64,000 nucleotides of DNA from NCBI GenBank assembly GCA_045803545.1, contig JBJMOW010000005.1, positions 192,001-256,000 of the forward strand, in the 5' to 3' direction. This DNA is from Gemmatimonadaceae bacterium (GTDB lineage Bacteria; Gemmatimonadota; Gemmatimonadetes; Gemmatimonadales; Gemmatimonadaceae). Every line of letters begins with the position of its first letter. Position 1 is the stretch's first letter. The notes under the pieces are model-generated. The model was not told where the DNA came from. It was given only the letters and a program-made list of their open reading frames with translations, and made no database searches. This document shows positions 32,957-41,897 of this stretch, one piece after another. A program made the translations under genes and the position numbers.

Positions 32957-33184
32957 GCTGCGGACTGAAGACTTTAGAAGCGCACTACCTCGCTAAGCGC
33001 TTACCGCTACACGCTGTCCGCTAAGCGCTGCCTACGACGAGACAGATTTCTTAGCACGAAGGCGAACTGAACCCGCTTTTCCCTGGACACATCACGGAGC
33101 GTCCCGTTGCCCGCAGCGCTTAGCGGACAGCGTGTTGCGAACAGCGCTTAGCGAGGCCTTAGCCGTTCAGTCCGGAGTCCTCAG
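32957..33184. repeat. Palindromic intergenic element, family B copy 2
   Basis: Left flank TAGAAGCGCACTACCTCGCT identical to 37183-37202; arms CGCTAAGCGC/ACACGCTGTCCGCTAAGCGCTG with reverse complements; core 33047-33100. Confidence 0.85.
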
Positions 33185-34048
33185 CCGGTAAGCCTTGCCA
33201 TCGTGCTCAACCCTCCCCCACGCATTCTTGGCGTCGTGTTCGAATATCAGAAGCCAATTCTCGTCCATCGCCTGTTTGAGAATCCGGCGCTTCGTCTCGA
33301 GAGTGACTAGCGGTTCGACGTCGTAGCCCATGATCCACGGCAGAGGAAGGTGCGCGGCGGTCGGAACGAGATCGCCGAGGTAGAACGCGCGCTGACCGGC
33401 AGACTCGATGAGGATACTTTGGTGGAAAGGAGTGTGGCCGGGAGTCGGAATCACGCGCACCCCCTTCACGATCTCCTTCTCGCGTGAGACGAACTCGATT
33501 TTGCCGGCGGCTTCCAACGGAGTGAAGTTGCGCGCGAAGTAGCTGGCGGCGGTGCGCTCGTTGGTATGAGTGGCGTACTCGTACTCACCGCGTTTCACGA
33601 TGTATGTGGCGTTGGGAAAGCTGATCTCGACCTTGCCGCCTTTGCCGAGTCGGGTATTGCCGCCTGCGTGGTCGAAGTGAAGGTGGGTATTGATCACCAT
33701 CACGATATCAGTCGGCTTGACGCCAACCTGCGCCAGGCCATCCTCGAGCATCGTCAGTCCCTCTGCGCCACCGTTCTCGAGGCCGTAGATACTTCTGAAC
33801 TTTTCGTCTTCCTTGTTGCCCGCGCCGGTGTCGATCAGGATCAGGCCCGACGGGTGCTCGATCAGCAAGCAGCGCATTCCCATCTGGATCCGATTGCGCT
33901 CGTCGGATGCGATCTGTTTCTCCCACAGCGGCTTGGGGACAACCCCGAACATCGCGCCACCGTCGAGCTTCTGACCACCAGCCTGGATGGCATGGACAGT
34001 CAGCGCGCCGATCTTGCGGCGATCAACGAGTGGAGTCGGCGCGGTCAC
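33167..34048 (-). CDS. MBL-fold metallo-hydrolase (YtnP-like)
   Basis: LDGGAMFGVVPKPLW, THLHFDHAGG (HxHxDH), TPGHT, WIMGYD. Confidence 0.92.
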   Translation of the reverse strand: MTAPTPLVDRRKIGALTVHAIQAGGQKLDGGAMFGVVPKPLWEKQIASDERNRIQMGMRCLLIEHPSGLILIDTGAGNKEDEKFRSIYGLENGGAEGLTMLEDGLAQVGVKPTDIVMVINTHLHFDHAGGNTRLGKGGKVEISFPNATYIVKRGEYEYATHTNERTAASYFARNFTPLEAAGKIEFVSREKEIVKGVRVIPTPGHTPFHQSILIESAGQRAFYLGDLVPTAAHLPLPWIMGYDVEPLVTLETKRRILKQAMDENWLLIFEHDAKNAWGRVEHDGKAYRLRTPD

Positions 34049-35007
34049 GCAGTGGTGTCACGAGTCACAGACGTCGGCATCGCCGGCGGCCGGCGTTTCC
34101 GTTTCTTCCCGGAGCGCGCACCGAGCAGTGCCTGGAGGTCGCTCCATGTTTCGCAGCCGCGGTCGTCGAGATCGCGCATCATCTTCACCAGACATTTCGC
34201 CGTCGCGATGGCATCACCGCCGGCGCGGTGGCGATTGTGAATCGTGACGCCGTAGTAGCGGGCGATGTGATCGAGCGACCGACGCGACAGCTGCGGAAGA
34301 ACCTTTCGCGCGATCTTCACTGTGCAGAGTTTCCGCCCGCGCAGCTGGTGTCCAGTCGCTCGCGATATCTCCTTCGTCAGAAAGTTCCAGTCGAAGGTCG
34401 CATTGTGTGCGACGAAGACATTCCCCTCCAGCACGCGCATCAGATCTGGCGCAACGACGTCGAACGTTGGTTTGTCGCGCACCATGTCCCACGTGATGTT
34501 GGTCAGCGCGCTGATAAAAGGTGGTATTGGTCGCTCGGGATTGATCAGCGTCTCAAAGACTTCCGCAATTTCGCCATTCCGGACGACGACCGCGGCGACT
34601 TCAGTGATGCGATCACCGAACCACAGGCTGCCGCCGGTGGTCTCCGTATCTACGACGACGTATGACAAGGACCGGAGCGGCTCGCCTGACCCTGCATCGG
34701 CATACGACACCGCAATCGGCTGATCGGCGGCGTCAATGTTTTTGCGTGAGCGCCGTCGATCACTCTTGTTCACCGGCACGCTAGGCGTGAGCATCCACTT
34801 TCCGTCGGTCGTGCGCGCAAACTGCGGCCGTCCAGCGAACATTGCGTGCGCCATGTGCTCGGCGACGATTCGCGGTGCACCCGGCAGCGCGCAGATATAG
34901 CCGATGAGATCGACGACGTCAGCCGGCCCGGACGACAGGTAGTTCAGTGCGCGAGTTGTGAGCAGCGTGTCTTCCCGCTCGGTGTAAACGCCGCGCTTCA
35001 GCTCCAC
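34045..35007 (-). CDS. DEDDh 3'-5' exonuclease (DnaQ/PolC-exonuclease-like)
   Basis: VVVDTETTG, VAHNATFD, HRAGGDA; start set at GTG 35007 overlapping the end of arcA. Confidence 0.88.
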   Translation of the reverse strand: MELKRGVYTEREDTLLTTRALNYLSSGPADVVDLIGYICALPGAPRIVAEHMAHAMFAGRPQFARTTDGKWMLTPSVPVNKSDRRRSRKNIDAADQPIAVSYADAGSGEPLRSLSYVVVDTETTGGSLWFGDRITEVAAVVVRNGEIAEVFETLINPERPIPPFISALTNITWDMVRDKPTFDVVAPDLMRVLEGNVFVAHNATFDWNFLTKEISRATGHQLRGRKLCTVKIARKVLPQLSRRSLDHIARYYGVTIHNRHRAGGDAIATAKCLVKMMRDLDDRGCETWSDLQALLGARSGKKRKRRPPAMPTSVTRDTTA

Positions 35008-36233
35008 GGATCGTCTCGCGTGATTGGACAGGTCATGCAATGCGCGCCGCCACCGCCGCGCACCAGCTCGCCACCCTCGAAGGTGATAACCGCCCGATCG
35101 GTCGGCGAAAGAGCAGCCGGGTTGGAGAGAAAATCGCTTGCCGAGCACATTCTGAATCCGGCATTCTCCAATTCGCGAAGCGTCTGCGAGTTTCGCGTGT
35201 AGCCCGTGACAACGCCCGGCCTCAGCGCGGTGAAGTTACAACCCGATGCCCACTGCTCACGATCCTGGGCGATTCGCCGCGAGCCGCCGCAAAGAATCGG
35301 CTCCATCGGCATCCCACAGTGCTTGAGGGCAGTGAAGAGATCAGGTTGCTGCTTCATGTGCGTCTCGCCCTTTACCCAATGGAGAATCGGAACCCGGTAC
35401 GGGCCGATGAAGTGCGGCGGATAAACGACGCAGAGATCGCGATCGATGTGGGTGAAGATCATGTCGAGATGGATCGCGGTCGGTTCTTCGGGCATCACCA
35501 CTACAATCAGGTTCGTCACCTTAGTCTTCTGGAACACGAGGGTCGCCAGTCCATCGATTCCCGCCGGACTCGAGCGCTCACTGAAGCCGACCATCAGGAC
35601 GTCTTCGCGCAACGGATGGACGTCGCCACCCTCGAGGGTGTGATTAAGACGCCGCTCGACGGAGCCGTCGTAGAGAATACCCCGATTGGCGAGCGATGGA
35701 TGCGACGTGAAGAGCGCTTTCATGATCAGCTCTTCAGTCCAGCGCGCGTGAAAGCGCATTGAGCCGATCATCATGTTCTCATTGATCGCCATCGCCGCGT
35801 CGCGCGTGAAGAAAAGATTGGGGAGCGGCGGCAGCGAGTAGCTGTACTCGTTGAGCGTGCGCGACAGGGGCCCCGGCTCTTCTTCCCTACCTTCGATCAA
35901 CATGTTGACGACAGCGGCCGGCGGCAGCTCGCGCAACTCTGCCGCCAGTGGCTCACTGGGAACGACCTCAAGAGTCTCGCGGATGATCAGCTCGCGCACG
36001 ACGGGATCGGCGAGGACGTCGGTGAGGAGATCGCGCACGTGCAAGACCTCGGCGAACTTCTCGAGCACCTGCACGAAACGCCGGTGCTCCTTCTTGGCGA
36101 CGTCGACGTCGACGATGTCGTCGTAGAGGAACTCGGCGCGCGTCGTTGGCGTCACCGCCAGCAGCTCTTTGCCGGGGCAATGGACGAGGACGGTGCGGAG
36201 CGCACCTATTTCGGAGCTAACATGAACCGGCAT
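34998..36233 (-). CDS. arcA: Arginine deiminase
   Basis: VSSEIGALRTVLVH, PLPNLFFTRD, LEGGD, HLD, ELVRGGGGAHCMTCP; start set at ATG 36233. Confidence 0.9.
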   Translation of the reverse strand: MPVHVSSEIGALRTVLVHCPGKELLAVTPTTRAEFLYDDIVDVDVAKKEHRRFVQVLEKFAEVLHVRDLLTDVLADPVVRELIIRETLEVVPSEPLAAELRELPPAAVVNMLIEGREEEPGPLSRTLNEYSYSLPPLPNLFFTRDAAMAINENMMIGSMRFHARWTEELIMKALFTSHPSLANRGILYDGSVERRLNHTLEGGDVHPLREDVLMVGFSERSSPAGIDGLATLVFQKTKVTNLIVVVMPEEPTAIHLDMIFTHIDRDLCVVYPPHFIGPYRVPILHWVKGETHMKQQPDLFTALKHCGMPMEPILCGGSRRIAQDREQWASGCNFTALRPGVVTGYTRNSQTLRELENAGFRMCSASDFLSNPAALSPTDRAVITFEGGELVRGGGGAHCMTCPITRDDPWS

Positions 36234-36285
36234 CCGCTCAAAATAGACGGCTGGCACCTCCGAAGGAAAGGCGAAAGTGCTGGGA

Positions 36286-36477
36286 GACTGAGGGCCGATG
36301 ACTAACGGCATCTGGGCGACTGAGGGCCGATGACTAACGGCATCTATGATTGCTGACTAAGTGATGAGCGAGGACTGGGTGAGAATCGAGGTCAAATCGA
36401 GGGAAGCGCTTTAGTTCTCGGTGGTCCTCAATTCTTAGTTAATCCTCGATGATCGATGCACTTGGTCCTCGGGCCTC
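36286..36477. repeat. Palindromic intergenic element, family A copy 2 (28-bp direct duplication at left end)
   Basis: GACTGAGGGCCGATGACTAACGGCATCT at 36286 and 36318; right arm AATCCTCGATGATCGATGCACTTGGTCCTCGGGCCTC. Confidence 0.85.
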
Positions 36478-36518
36478 GATCCGGATACGGATTACCGTTC
36501 GCGCTCGTGCCGATTAGT

Positions 36519-36536
36519 TTGTGAAGTAATTCACAA
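36519..36536. promoter_or_regulatory. Rex operator (ROP)
   Basis: Perfect TTGTGAA-GTAA-TTCACAA palindrome ending 7 bp before the rex start; matches the Rex consensus TTGTGAA-N4-TTCACAA. Confidence 0.9.
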
Positions 36537-36543
36537 GCCTCCT

Positions 36544-37170
36544 TTGAAGCGGATCGCGGAATCGACTGTCAGGCGCCTTTCGCTCTACCTGAGCTTTCTC
36601 GAAGGGATCGAGCGCCAGGGAGTGAAAACCATCTCGAGCGACGAGCTCGCCCGGCTCGGTGGGACTACTTCGGCGCAGGTGCGCAAGGACCTCTCACTCT
36701 TCGGCTCCTTTGGCAAGCGTGGGCTTGGCTACTCTGTGCCCGAGCTCTCGCGCAAGCTGCGCGAGATTCTGGGACTGGAGAAGCAATGGCGCGTCGTGAT
36801 AATTGGCGCGGGAAAAATCGGCGCGGCCCTCGCCCGCTACCGCGGATTCGCCGACCGCGGTTTTCAGGTGACCGCGGTTTACGACGCTGACGAGACCAAA
36901 ATCGGCAAGCGGTGGGAATCGCTCACCGTACGCCCCGTATCCGAGTTGGAGAAGGATGCTGCGAAGCACGACTTCGACATCGCTGTGGTTGCCACTCCTG
37001 CGGAAAATGCACAAGGCGTCGTGAAGCAGATCGTGCGCGCGGGCATCAAAGCCATTTTGAATTTCGCGCCGATCCAGCTGTCGGTTCCGAACGATGTTAC
37101 AGTGCGGACGGTGAACATGGCGATGGAGCTGGAGGGGCTGTCGTTTGCGCTCTCTAATCGCGCGGAGTGA
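36544..37170 (+). CDS. rex: Redox-sensing transcriptional repressor Rex
   Basis: STVRRLSLY, QVRKDLSLFGSFGKRGLGY, IGAGKIG, ILNFAP. Confidence 0.95.
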   Translation: MKRIAESTVRRLSLYLSFLEGIERQGVKTISSDELARLGGTTSAQVRKDLSLFGSFGKRGLGYSVPELSRKLREILGLEKQWRVVIIGAGKIGAALARYRGFADRGFQVTAVYDADETKIGKRWESLTVRPVSELEKDAAKHDFDIAVVATPAENAQGVVKQIVRAGIKAILNFAPIQLSVPNDVTVRTVNMAMELEGLSFALSNRAE

Positions 37171-37364
37171 GGACTGCGGATCTAGAAGCGCACTACCTCG
37201 CTGGTAGCAGATAGCAGCTGGCTATTAGCTATTCGCTGCAAGCGACGGGACAGGTCGCGATGGAGTCAGAGGAAAAGCGTTCAGTGCGCCTTTATGCGAT
37301 GAGATCTGTCCCGTTGGCAGGCAGCCATCAGCCAACAGCTTGCTGCTAACAGCTACCAGCGCGG
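37171..37364. repeat. Palindromic intergenic element, family B copy 3 (core inverted)
   Basis: Flanks collinear with 1869-2095; inner IR CGGGACAG(37246-37253)/CTGTCCCG(37306-37313); core is the reverse complement of the cores in copies 1 and 2. Confidence 0.85.
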
Positions 37365-37375
37365 CCGCTCGCCTT

Positions 37376-38194
37376 TCAGTTCGCGGTTAGCAGTTCAAAC
37401 AGGCGCGCGAATCGCTCCGGACTAACAACTTCCGGCCTCGCACTCGGCTCGATGCCAGCCGACTCCAAAACCGCCAACGACTTGTCGGGAGAAAGACCTC
37501 GCACCGAACGAAGGACGCGCACCATCTGCTTGCGACGCTGTCCGAACGCTGCTTGCACGAACGACCGAAATCCGGCGAGTGAATCGGGAGGAACCAGTGG
37601 CTGCGCCCGCGGAGTCAGGCGAACCACCGCAGATTCGACTTTTGGTCGCGGCTTGAACGCGCCGCTGGGCACGCGTAGCATCTCCTCGACGTTGGCGACA
37701 ACCGCGATGTTCACCGACAACGCGCCGTAGTCCTCATCGTCCGCAACCGCTGCCATGCGCTGCGCGACTTCGCGCTGGACGAGGAAGACCGACCGACGCG
37801 GCATCGGCAACTCGATGGCTTTGAAAACGATCGGCGTGGTGATGTTGTACGGGACATTGCCGATCAGGAGAAAGTTGTCGCCCGCCAGCACGCGCGCGTC
37901 GCTCTCCAGAAAATCGGCTTCCACGATCTCAACATTGGAGGCTGACGCGTATCGTTCGCGCAAGCTCGCGGCTAGCGCACGGTCGATCTCCACGGCAACA
38001 ACCTTTCCAGCTCGCTCGGCGAGGATGTCGGTTAGCGCGCCGCGGCCGGGGCCGATCTCGAGGACAGCGTCGGTTTCGGCCGGCGCCAGCGCGTCGACGA
38101 TCGCGCTGAGTATGATCGGGTCGGTGAGGAAGTGCTGGCCGAACTTCTTGAGGACCGGTGGCTGTCGACCGCGGCCACCGGCCGCGCGCGGCAC
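37376..38194 (-). CDS. rsmA: 16S rRNA m6,2A1518/1519 dimethyltransferase
   Basis: KKFGQHFL, LEIGPGRG, GNVPYNIT, VQREVA, FKPRPKVES, FGQRRK. Confidence 0.95.
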   Translation of the reverse strand: MPRAAGGRGRQPPVLKKFGQHFLTDPIILSAIVDALAPAETDAVLEIGPGRGALTDILAERAGKVVAVEIDRALAASLRERYASASNVEIVEADFLESDARVLAGDNFLLIGNVPYNITTPIVFKAIELPMPRRSVFLVQREVAQRMAAVADDEDYGALSVNIAVVANVEEMLRVPSGAFKPRPKVESAVVRLTPRAQPLVPPDSLAGFRSFVQAAFGQRRKQMVRVLRSVRGLSPDKSLAVLESAGIEPSARPEVVSPERFARLFELLTAN

Positions 38195-38196
38195 GC

Positions 38197-39783
38197 TCAG
38201 GTCCTCATCACCACCAGCGTGAGGTCGTCACGCCTCGGCACCGTTCGGGTGTGCACCTCCAGCATCTTGAACACACGGTCGACGATCACCTGGGTGTCGT
38301 TCTCGCGATTCTCGCGAATCAAATCCATCACGCGCTCCTCGCCCAGTCGTTCGTCGCGAGTGTTGCGGGCGTCGCTAATCCCGTCGGTGAAGAGAACGAG
38401 CAAATCCTTCTGCTTCACCCAGCTCAGCGATGCAGTCGCCGGCACATCTTCAACCATGCCCAGCGGAGGGTTCGCGGCGGCGAGGCGCGTCACCGTCCCT
38501 TCCTGACTGACCACGAACGCGTGCGGGTGTCCGGTGTTGGCGTACGTCAACTTCCCTTGCTCCGGATCGGCGACACCGTAGAACATCGAGATGAACATCT
38601 CGGTCGATTCGAGCTCCTCGCGTAATGACTTGAGTAACGCGCCAAGCGTCTCGCCAGGATTGACGAAATTCTGGGCGTGGATCGCCGATGCGCTCATCGC
38701 CAGCGCCATGATCAACGCCGCGCGATATCCATGGCCGGATACGTCGCCGATGAGGATGCCGGTGCGCTTGTCCCTCAGTCTGAAGAGTTGGTAGAAGTCT
38801 CCGCCGACGCTTTCTGCTGGAACTACGCGGGCAGTCACTTCCGCTTCCGGCGCCACGACGTCCGTTGCCGGCAGCAGCTTCATCTGCAGATCGTGGGCGA
38901 GGCTCATCTCCTGAAGCAGCCGCTGTCGATCGAGGGATGCGCTGACGAGTCGCGCATTTTGAATCGCCGTTCCGATCTGGGTCGCGATCGCCGTCACCAG
39001 CTTCTGATCGCCTGCTGTGAATGGCTGGCGCGATCGGCGATCCGCCAGGTTTACGACACCCAACGGCTGACCCCCGCTCGGCGTCGTCCACATGATCGGC
39101 ACCGAGAGCATTTCACCCCGGCCATATGGCGACTCGCTGCCAAAAGTCACGCCTTTGCCGACGACGATCAGCGGATGCTGGGTGCGAAAGACGCGCGCGG
39201 AAACGCTGCTCGAGTCATCCGCGCCGATGGGCGGAATTTTTTCCTTCGGCAATCCGAGCGCGGCGACGGCTTGCAATGTATTGGTGCGCGCGTCGTGCAC
39301 CAGAATCGATGCCACGCGCGCACCCACCGTCTCGGAGATTTCGGTGAGAATGGTTTGCGCCGCGTCTTCGAGTGTGACGGTGCGGCCGAGGATTTCTCCA
39401 ATCGTGTAGAGGAGATTGATCTCCTCGTAGCGCTCGGCCAGCTCCGTCGCAGCGTGCTCGACTTCCAGCGCTGCCTGAGTGAATTGCGTCACTACAGGCA
39501 TCAGCAGCTTGATGTGTCTCTCTTCAGGCGAGAACGACGGATCGCACGGACCCACCGTCAGCCAGATTTTCTTGGTCGAGGGAACGCGCGTTACGAGCTG
39601 AGTTCCAAAATTGGTGGGTACCGACTGACCGGGTTCTTCGGGCAGTACGTCCGGCATCTGAACTTTTGGACTGGACCGCGCAATAATCGTCGGTGTGGAG
39701 CGGCCATCGCTGCTTCCCCAGACCGCCGCTTCGCAATGCGTTCCCTCGCGGAACGCCATCAGCACTGCTTCGAGCTCCTTCAC
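38197..39783 (-). CDS. GAF + SpoIIE/PP2C phosphatase (RsbU-like)
   Basis: GAF region then VGGDFY, IGDVSGHG, FTDGI, DDLT. Confidence 0.9.
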   Translation of the reverse strand: MKELEAVLMAFREGTHCEAAVWGSSDGRSTPTIIARSSPKVQMPDVLPEEPGQSVPTNFGTQLVTRVPSTKKIWLTVGPCDPSFSPEERHIKLLMPVVTQFTQAALEVEHAATELAERYEEINLLYTIGEILGRTVTLEDAAQTILTEISETVGARVASILVHDARTNTLQAVAALGLPKEKIPPIGADDSSSVSARVFRTQHPLIVVGKGVTFGSESPYGRGEMLSVPIMWTTPSGGQPLGVVNLADRRSRQPFTAGDQKLVTAIATQIGTAIQNARLVSASLDRQRLLQEMSLAHDLQMKLLPATDVVAPEAEVTARVVPAESVGGDFYQLFRLRDKRTGILIGDVSGHGYRAALIMALAMSASAIHAQNFVNPGETLGALLKSLREELESTEMFISMFYGVADPEQGKLTYANTGHPHAFVVSQEGTVTRLAAANPPLGMVEDVPATASLSWVKQKDLLVLFTDGISDARNTRDERLGEERVMDLIRENRENDTQVIVDRVFKMLEVHTRTVPRRDDLTLVVMRT

Positions 39784-40202
39784 CCTCGATGCAACGTCAA
39801 CCGCACGACGTTGCCCTGATTCCTGAAGCTCTCGACTCGATCCATGAGCTGACGCATCAGAAAGAGGCCACGGCCCTCTTCCCTGGTGAGATTCTCGTCA
39901 GTGGTGCAGTCGACGGTGCACTCGTCGAGATCGAACCCAGGTCCTTCGTCGACTATCTCGAATACGAGATCGGTGTCGGTTATGATGGCGCGGACACGGA
40001 CCTGTTTGCCGCCGGTCGATTCGTTGCCGCGCAGGATGGCATTCGACAGCGCTTCAGATAGCGCTACCGGAATGTTCAGCGAGCACTTGGTGGGTGAGAG
40101 CTTGAGCTCGCGACAGCGCTGCCTCGCGAGCTCGACGACTCCTTCTATGTATTCGACGTCGCTCGGGATCTGAAGATCGAATGCGACGCGGGATTCCGCC
40201 AT
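39780..40202 (-). CDS. Anti-sigma factor / Ser-Thr kinase (RsbW-like)
   Basis: EALSNAILRGN, DEGPGFD, GRGLFLM. Confidence 0.88.
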   Translation of the reverse strand: MAESRVAFDLQIPSDVEYIEGVVELARQRCRELKLSPTKCSLNIPVALSEALSNAILRGNESTGGKQVRVRAIITDTDLVFEIVDEGPGFDLDECTVDCTTDENLTREEGRGLFLMRQLMDRVESFRNQGNVVRLTLHRG

Positions 40203-40534
40203 TAAAAACTCTCTAGCGCGCGCTCCCGAGTGTCGGAGATCTGGAACAGTGTGTCCAGTTTGGTGAGCTCAAACAGCGTCTGGAGATCGTCGTTGAGATT
40301 AGCCAGACGCAACTCGCCGCCCTGTTCCCGAATCTTCTTCGACAATGAGACGAGCACGCCCAGTCCGGAGCTATCGATATAGCCGGTCTGGCTGAAATCG
40401 ATGAGGAATTTCTTTTCGCCCTTCTCGAGCTCATCGAGCACTTTTTGCTTCAACTCCTGGCGATTTCCGACAATAAGCTGCCCTTCAACATCTACCACTA
40501 CGACCTCTCCCTGTTTCTTGATCGAGAAACTCAT
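40202..40534 (-). CDS. STAS-domain anti-sigma factor antagonist (RsbV-like)
   Basis: YIDSSGLGVLV, FELTKLD. Confidence 0.9.
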   Translation of the reverse strand: MSFSIKKQGEVVVVDVEGQLIVGNRQELKQKVLDELEKGEKKFLIDFSQTGYIDSSGLGVLVSLSKKIREQGGELRLANLNDDLQTLFELTKLDTLFQISDTRERALESF

Positions 40535-40577
40535 TCAGTTGATCTCCAAATGTTGATCAGGCCGCGCCGGTTGGCGT

Positions 40578-41417
40578 TCATCGCGCTTTTCCCGATTGGA
40601 GCACTGCGATCGCGGCCACGTTAATAATGTCGTCCCTCTCAGCGCCGCGCGAGAGATCAGCGACAGGACGAGCGAATCCCTGAAGAATCGGACCGAACGC
40701 CTGCGCCCCTCCGACGCGCTGTACCAGTTTGTACGCGATGTTTCCGGCATCGAGTGACGGAAACACTAAAACGTTGGCCCTTCCGGCTACCGGACTGGAA
40801 GGCGATTTCCGGGCGGCGACCGTGGGGGCCAGCGCCGCATCACCTTGCAATTCTCCGTCCACGACGAGTTCGGGCGATCGCTGCCTGACAATCGCGACAG
40901 CTTCGCGCACTGCGTCGACAGTCTGACCGCGAGCGCTGCCGTGGGTGCTGAAGGAGAGGAAAGCGACGCGCGGCTCGTCGCCGACGATCAGCCGACGGTC
41001 ATGTGCCGCCGCAACAGCAATGTCGGCTAGATCCTCGGCCGTCGGGTACGGCACGACAGCGCAGTCCGTGAACGTCAGGACCTCGGTAATATTCGGGACA
41101 GACTTCGGAACAATGTAGAACGCGCTCGACGCGATCCTGACGCCGGGCGCCAGGCCGACGTTCCGCAGCGCGCTCCGCAGCACTTCAGCGGTAGTGTAGA
41201 CCGCTCCTGCCACGCAGGCATCAGCGTCGCCGGCTGCAACCATTTGGTGCGCCCGTTCCAGCGCCAATTCGGCCTCGGCGACGAGAGATACTGTCGCCAT
41301 CCCCGTGCGCTCGATCTCCTGGGCCGCCGCCAGAACCCGCTCGTCCCCGCTCTCTGGAAATACAACTCGCCGCTTCAGCGCCGCCGCGCGGGAGCGAAGA
41401 CTTTCAACGAAGCTCAC
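40578..41417 (-). CDS. pta: Phosphate acetyltransferase (short; apparent internal deletion)
   Basis: [43 protein letters not shown]. Confidence 0.85.
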   Translation of the reverse strand: MSFVESLRSRAAALKRRVVFPESGDERVLAAAQEIERTGMATVSLVAEAELALERAHQMVAAGDADACVAGAVYTTAEVLRSALRNVGLAPGVRIASSAFYIVPKSVPNITEVLTFTDCAVVPYPTAEDLADIAVAAAHDRRLIVGDEPRVAFLSFSTHGSARGQTVDAVREAVAIVRQRSPELVVDGELQGDAALAPTVAARKSPSSPVAGRANVLVFPSLDAGNIAYKLVQRVGGAQAFGPILQGFARPVADLSRGAERDDIINVAAIAVLQSGKAR

Positions 41418-41896
41418 TTCGTGAATTTCTTCGCGAGCGCTTTGGCGACGGCCGGGTGCACCAGCCCCTCAAGATTCCCGTGGTGCATTGCCACTTCGCG
41501 GACGACACTGGAGCTGATGTAGGTAGTCTCGACCGATGGGACCATGAACACCGTTTCAAAGTTCTCCGACATGTGTCGATTCATCAGGGCCATCTGAAAT
41601 TCATACTCGAAGTCGCTTACTGCTCGGAGGCCTCTGATGTTGAACTTCGCGCCGACTTTCTGGGCGAAGTCCACGAGCAGACCCTCGAAGGTGGTCGGCT
41701 CGACGCACTTGTTGTCTGACGTGACGGACTTGATCAGCTCGACACGCTCCTGCGGCGTGAAGAGAGCTTTTTTGGAGGAGTTCACGGCAACGGCGACGAC
41801 AAGGTGATCGACGAAACGGCAGCTGCGCTCGATCAAGTCCTCGTGTCCGCGCGTGATTGGGTCGAAGCTGCCCGCATAGATCGCCGTCGTTGCCAC
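41414..41896 (-). CDS. coaD: Phosphopantetheine adenylyltransferase
   Basis: [39 protein letters not shown] 41896 with SD GAGGAG. Confidence 0.96.
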   Translation of the reverse strand: MATTAIYAGSFDPITRGHEDLIERSCRFVDHLVVAVAVNSSKKALFTPQERVELIKSVTSDNKCVEPTTFEGLLVDFAQKVGAKFNIRGLRAVSDFEYEFQMALMNRHMSENFETVFMVPSVETTYISSSVVREVAMHHGNLEGLVHPAVAKALAKKFTK

Positions 41897-41897
41897 G

